Source: Eremomyces bilateralis CBS 781.70 (Eukaryota). Taken from it: a stretch of 64,000 bases of DNA. Shown here in pieces: positions 61,106 to 64,000 of this stretch. How positions within the stretch are numbered: the first letter of the stretch is position 1; each line of letters begins with the position of its first letter. Location of the stretch: the NCBI GenBank assembly GCA_010015585.1, contig ML975151.1; one strand, 5' to 3'. A model generated the notes under the pieces. That model worked only from the letters and a program-made list of their open reading frames with translations, was not told the DNA's origin and ran no database searches. The position numbers and the translations under genes are program-made.

Positions 61106-61981
61106 CTATCGCGATTGATAACCTAACCTCCAAGCCTGTCGAACGGCACCCCAATATCGATCCGCATCCTCAAGGATAAGTCCCGCATGTGGGCTGCTCT
61201 GGAACATCTCGGCTTCTACTTTCCAATCCTTGCTCGCTTCTGCGACATGATCTTCCACGTCCGAAAACCACACCATTTGATCGGCCTTCGAATACAAATA
61301 GAGTCGTGACCCCCCATCTTGGAACCGCTGGGTATCCAGTAAGCTTTTCCGGAGTCGCTCGATCATATTTGGCTGATGAAAAACTTTGTCGAGGAGAAAT
61401 TCCGCGACTATCACGATATGAACGATCATGAATCCAATGATGCGAACCACGGGGTTCGGCGGCATTGTTTGCATCATAGCAGCTAAGCTCCGTTTGTAGG
61501 AAGCGCGTCCAGGACTGCTATCTAACACCATGGTGGTGAGAGGTAGAGGGCGGTTATTTCCATTCGGAGTGAGACGATATTGGTCGGCAAGCTGTGTGGC
61601 AGCATAGGCTCCACCGTTTGAATAGAGGTGGAGAAGAATGCGAGGCGCCCTAGCTCCATCGGTCGTTTGGTGAAGTGAAGCAATTTTCGCCACGGCTTGC
61701 TCGATAGTCTTGTTATATTGTGCCTTGGTCCGGCATATCATGTCGGATAGGGATGTCGTTACAAGCACGATAGGACTCTCGGGGAATAATTTCTGATAGC
61801 CGGCCGTATGCTTTGCAATATTCTTGTAGGAAGCTCCCATCCAGGAACAAATGACGATTAGGTCTGGATTTGCGACATGGCCGCCATTATTCCTCTCGCT
61901 CTGCCGGCCAGAGGGTATGTAGTAGAATGTTGAAGGACTGAGGGATATAAACCCCCGAAACGCATGTGATGCCGACGACAT
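61106..61981 (-). CDS. DUF829/TMEM53 (PaxU-like) alpha/beta-hydrolase-fold protein
   Basis: ICSWMGA..KNIAKH, HLYSNGG, LDSSPG, RLYLYSKADQMV and SPH motifs. Confidence 0.9.
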   Translation of the reverse strand: MSSASHAFRGFISLSPSTFYYIPSGRQSERNNGGHVANPDLIVICSWMGASYKNIAKHTAGYQKLFPESPIVLVTTSLSDMICRTKAQYNKTIEQAVAKIASLHQTTDGARAPRILLHLYSNGGAYAATQLADQYRLTPNGNNRPLPLTTMVLDSSPGRASYKRSLAAMMQTMPPNPVVRIIGFMIVHIVIVAEFLLDKVFHQPNMIERLRKSLLDTQRFQDGGSRLYLYSKADQMVWFSDVEDHVAEASKDWKVEAEMFQSSPHAGLILEDADRYWGAVRQAWRLGYQSR

Positions 61982-62847
61982 AGCTGCAAATGAGTTGCGA
62001 ATTCGAACAGACTTCTATAGCAGTTGAACGGATAGAATGACTCTTGAGAACAGAAACCAATGCCTTCCAATCGTCTATCATTATGTAAGGAGAGATTGGT
62101 GAACTTCGACTCGCTGAATCAATGTGGGCTCGAATTTGATTTAACCTCTTTCCACCCCAAAAGATCCACGACGGTGACATCAAGTCTTTCCCGCCATTCT
62201 TAATGTAGCGATAGTATCACAATAGGACTAAAACTAAACGCTTAAGATGCAAATAGATAATTATACGGTACGGAAGCAGGAATTGAGAGGTTGGAATCTC
62301 TCCCTCGGTCAGGACTCACGACTCGGAGGCGGAGGGAATTGGGATTGGCAGAAACCCGGCTCCGGACTCCAGATGCTTCATCTGCGGTATCCTAACCGTG
62401 AGTGCCATTATGGAACGAGATGGACCCGGAACGGACCGTATTCGGCACAAGTGTAATTACACCGAAGGGTTAAGCGATCGAGTGGCTGTTGGCACTTGGC
62501 AATTGGCATCCTGGCATGTGGGTGGAGGTTTGGATGGAAATCGGTCCACATCTGAAGTGGAGCGGGGAGGTCAATCACGTGAAAGTAATAAGTATGCCGT
62601 ACATCACATGACTTTCCATGAGAATTGAGTATGGCCTCAGGCATTAAGGCATCTACACCACGTTGGAGGCGTTCGCTATTTGTGACTTCGTGAGCGTCCT
62701 GTTGACGGTTTATTACTTCAGATCTGGATCGTTCACATGCAGATGGATATGTATTTTATAGTCTGTACCGTTAAGGTATGTACCAGTACTGATATCTCAT
62801 CCTCTCGAGTTTAGGACCGTCCGAATACCGCCGTCAACGACCAGATC

Positions 62848-63611
62848 ATGTCCCTGGTTCTACCGTCATTCCCACTTCTTTCGAGTTCGGATTTCCAAGC
62901 CGTATGCTCAACAGCAATCCATGAGTTGCAGTCAGGGAAATGGTTAACTCCTGCGGATTGGAACATCTCCAGATTGGAAAGCAACGACGGTAGTGGCCAA
63001 GGATTAATCGGTCTGCGTATCATTCGGGCACTGGACAACCCCGATCAGTTTGGACAAGATGCGGATAAGGATGATGATGAGCTTCTCGAGGAACACGATA
63101 CTGTGCGGTAACCCAGAAGCATAGCATGGCCGAGGACTAACAATATTCAGGAGAGACTTTCAATCTCAGTAGCAAGAGCACATCGATATCGGGTTTTTTA
63201 TGATATTATGCTTTCGCCATCTATGCAAATGCCCGTGGTTTGGTTTAGCATCCACCGCGCGAATGGAACCGCAGTCCCGCTCCAACGAGACGTTATAATA
63301 GATTCTCTCGTTCCAACCAACGTCCGTAGCGAGCTCACAACCCAGGGTGCTGGTCCACTCGGTGGCATATCGCAAGCGGTATGTCGATATCAGTTCCTCT
63401 GCCATGGACCTCACCCTTCCCTAACACAACAGCTGCCCAGATCCACCCTAACACGGGTTTCCCGGCGTGGTACATCCATCCCTGCGAGACTGCGAACGCT
63501 TTGAGAGAAGTTCGTGGAGATGTTGGATCCGTTCATACAGACGAGTATCTGCGCCTTTGGATGGGAGTGGTTGGACCAGCAGTCGGGCTCTACTGGCCGC
63601 AGCCAAGATGA
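62848..63611 (+). CDS. ATG10: Autophagy E2-like enzyme Atg10, 3 exons
   Basis: YDIMLSPSMQMPVVWF, HPNTGFPAWYIHPCET (catalytic HPC) and EYLRLWMGVVGPAVGL. Confidence 0.88.
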
Positions 63612-63796
63612 CGCCGGTACCTGCCGTGCTTTCTGACCCCTATTTAGAGCTCGTGCTGCCAAACAGAGCATGTCGTTCGCCAAGAGTGAACTTGATATAT
63701 TGGTGCTGTTGAAGGAGGCGGCCTCATACGAAGCCTTTTGGAGCGAAGGCTGCGGCAGAATGTGGAGTGATGCCAATGTCCTCTACGAGTCGTCCA

Positions 63797-63963
63797 TTAA
63801 TCTTCATCGCTCATCTCCATCTCGCTCTCCTCATCCTCCATGGGGGCATCGCCATCTTCCTCGCCTTCGCTCTCATCCCGCGGCCTCTTCGTCCCAATCG
63901 CTGCCGGCGAAGCTTCCTTTGCGGGAGCTGCACCTCCGGTGGTGGTACCTGCTGATGGGAGAC
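63797..63963 (-). CDS. Last exon of a gene starting beyond the window (possibly U2B''/U1A-type snRNP protein)
   Basis: After a TAG acceptor the frame reads LPSAG...GTKRPRDESEGEEDGDAPMEDEESEMEMSDED*, which resembles the recalled fungal U2B'' acidic tail. No domain is visible in the window. Confidence 0.4.
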
Positions 63964-64000
63964 CTATAGGAGCAGTGAAAATAGAGGGTTGCGCAGCAGC

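Noticed and set aside
1..64000. CRISPR arrays, tRNA/rRNA genes, secondary-metabolite cluster
   Set aside because: I saw no repeat-spacer array, cloverleaf or rRNA signature, or PKS/NRPS/terpene backbone gene. The PaxU-like gene stands alone.

Overview
This is a gene-dense, intron-containing window from a filamentous ascomycete (Pezizomycotina, judged from short GT-AG introns with CTAAC/CTGAC branch points and the gene families present). About 27 protein genes can be supported. Most are housekeeping: EAF1 5' end, RRB1, HSBP1, GPI12, mitochondrial IF3, ADE8, PDX2/SNO, SDH6, HSP30, RPB11, a nitronate monooxygenase, a TBC protein, an intact telomerase reverse transcriptase (TERT), a DH-BAR-SH3 RhoGEF, DUF829 and ATG10. 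Two accessory, immunity-like loci stand out. One is a 3-exon HeLo-TPR-unknown-domain gene with a possible PP/RHIM-like motif, next to a decayed Mutator-like element. The other is a helicase-deleted ZNFX1-like (CCCH/NFX1/RZ-finger) pseudogene. Non-coding leads are a telomere-template-like motif plus a perfect hairpin upstream of TERT, and a 450-nt first intron in RPB11. All calls come from manual reading and recalled family motifs. No searches were run, and exon boundaries are hand-predicted.
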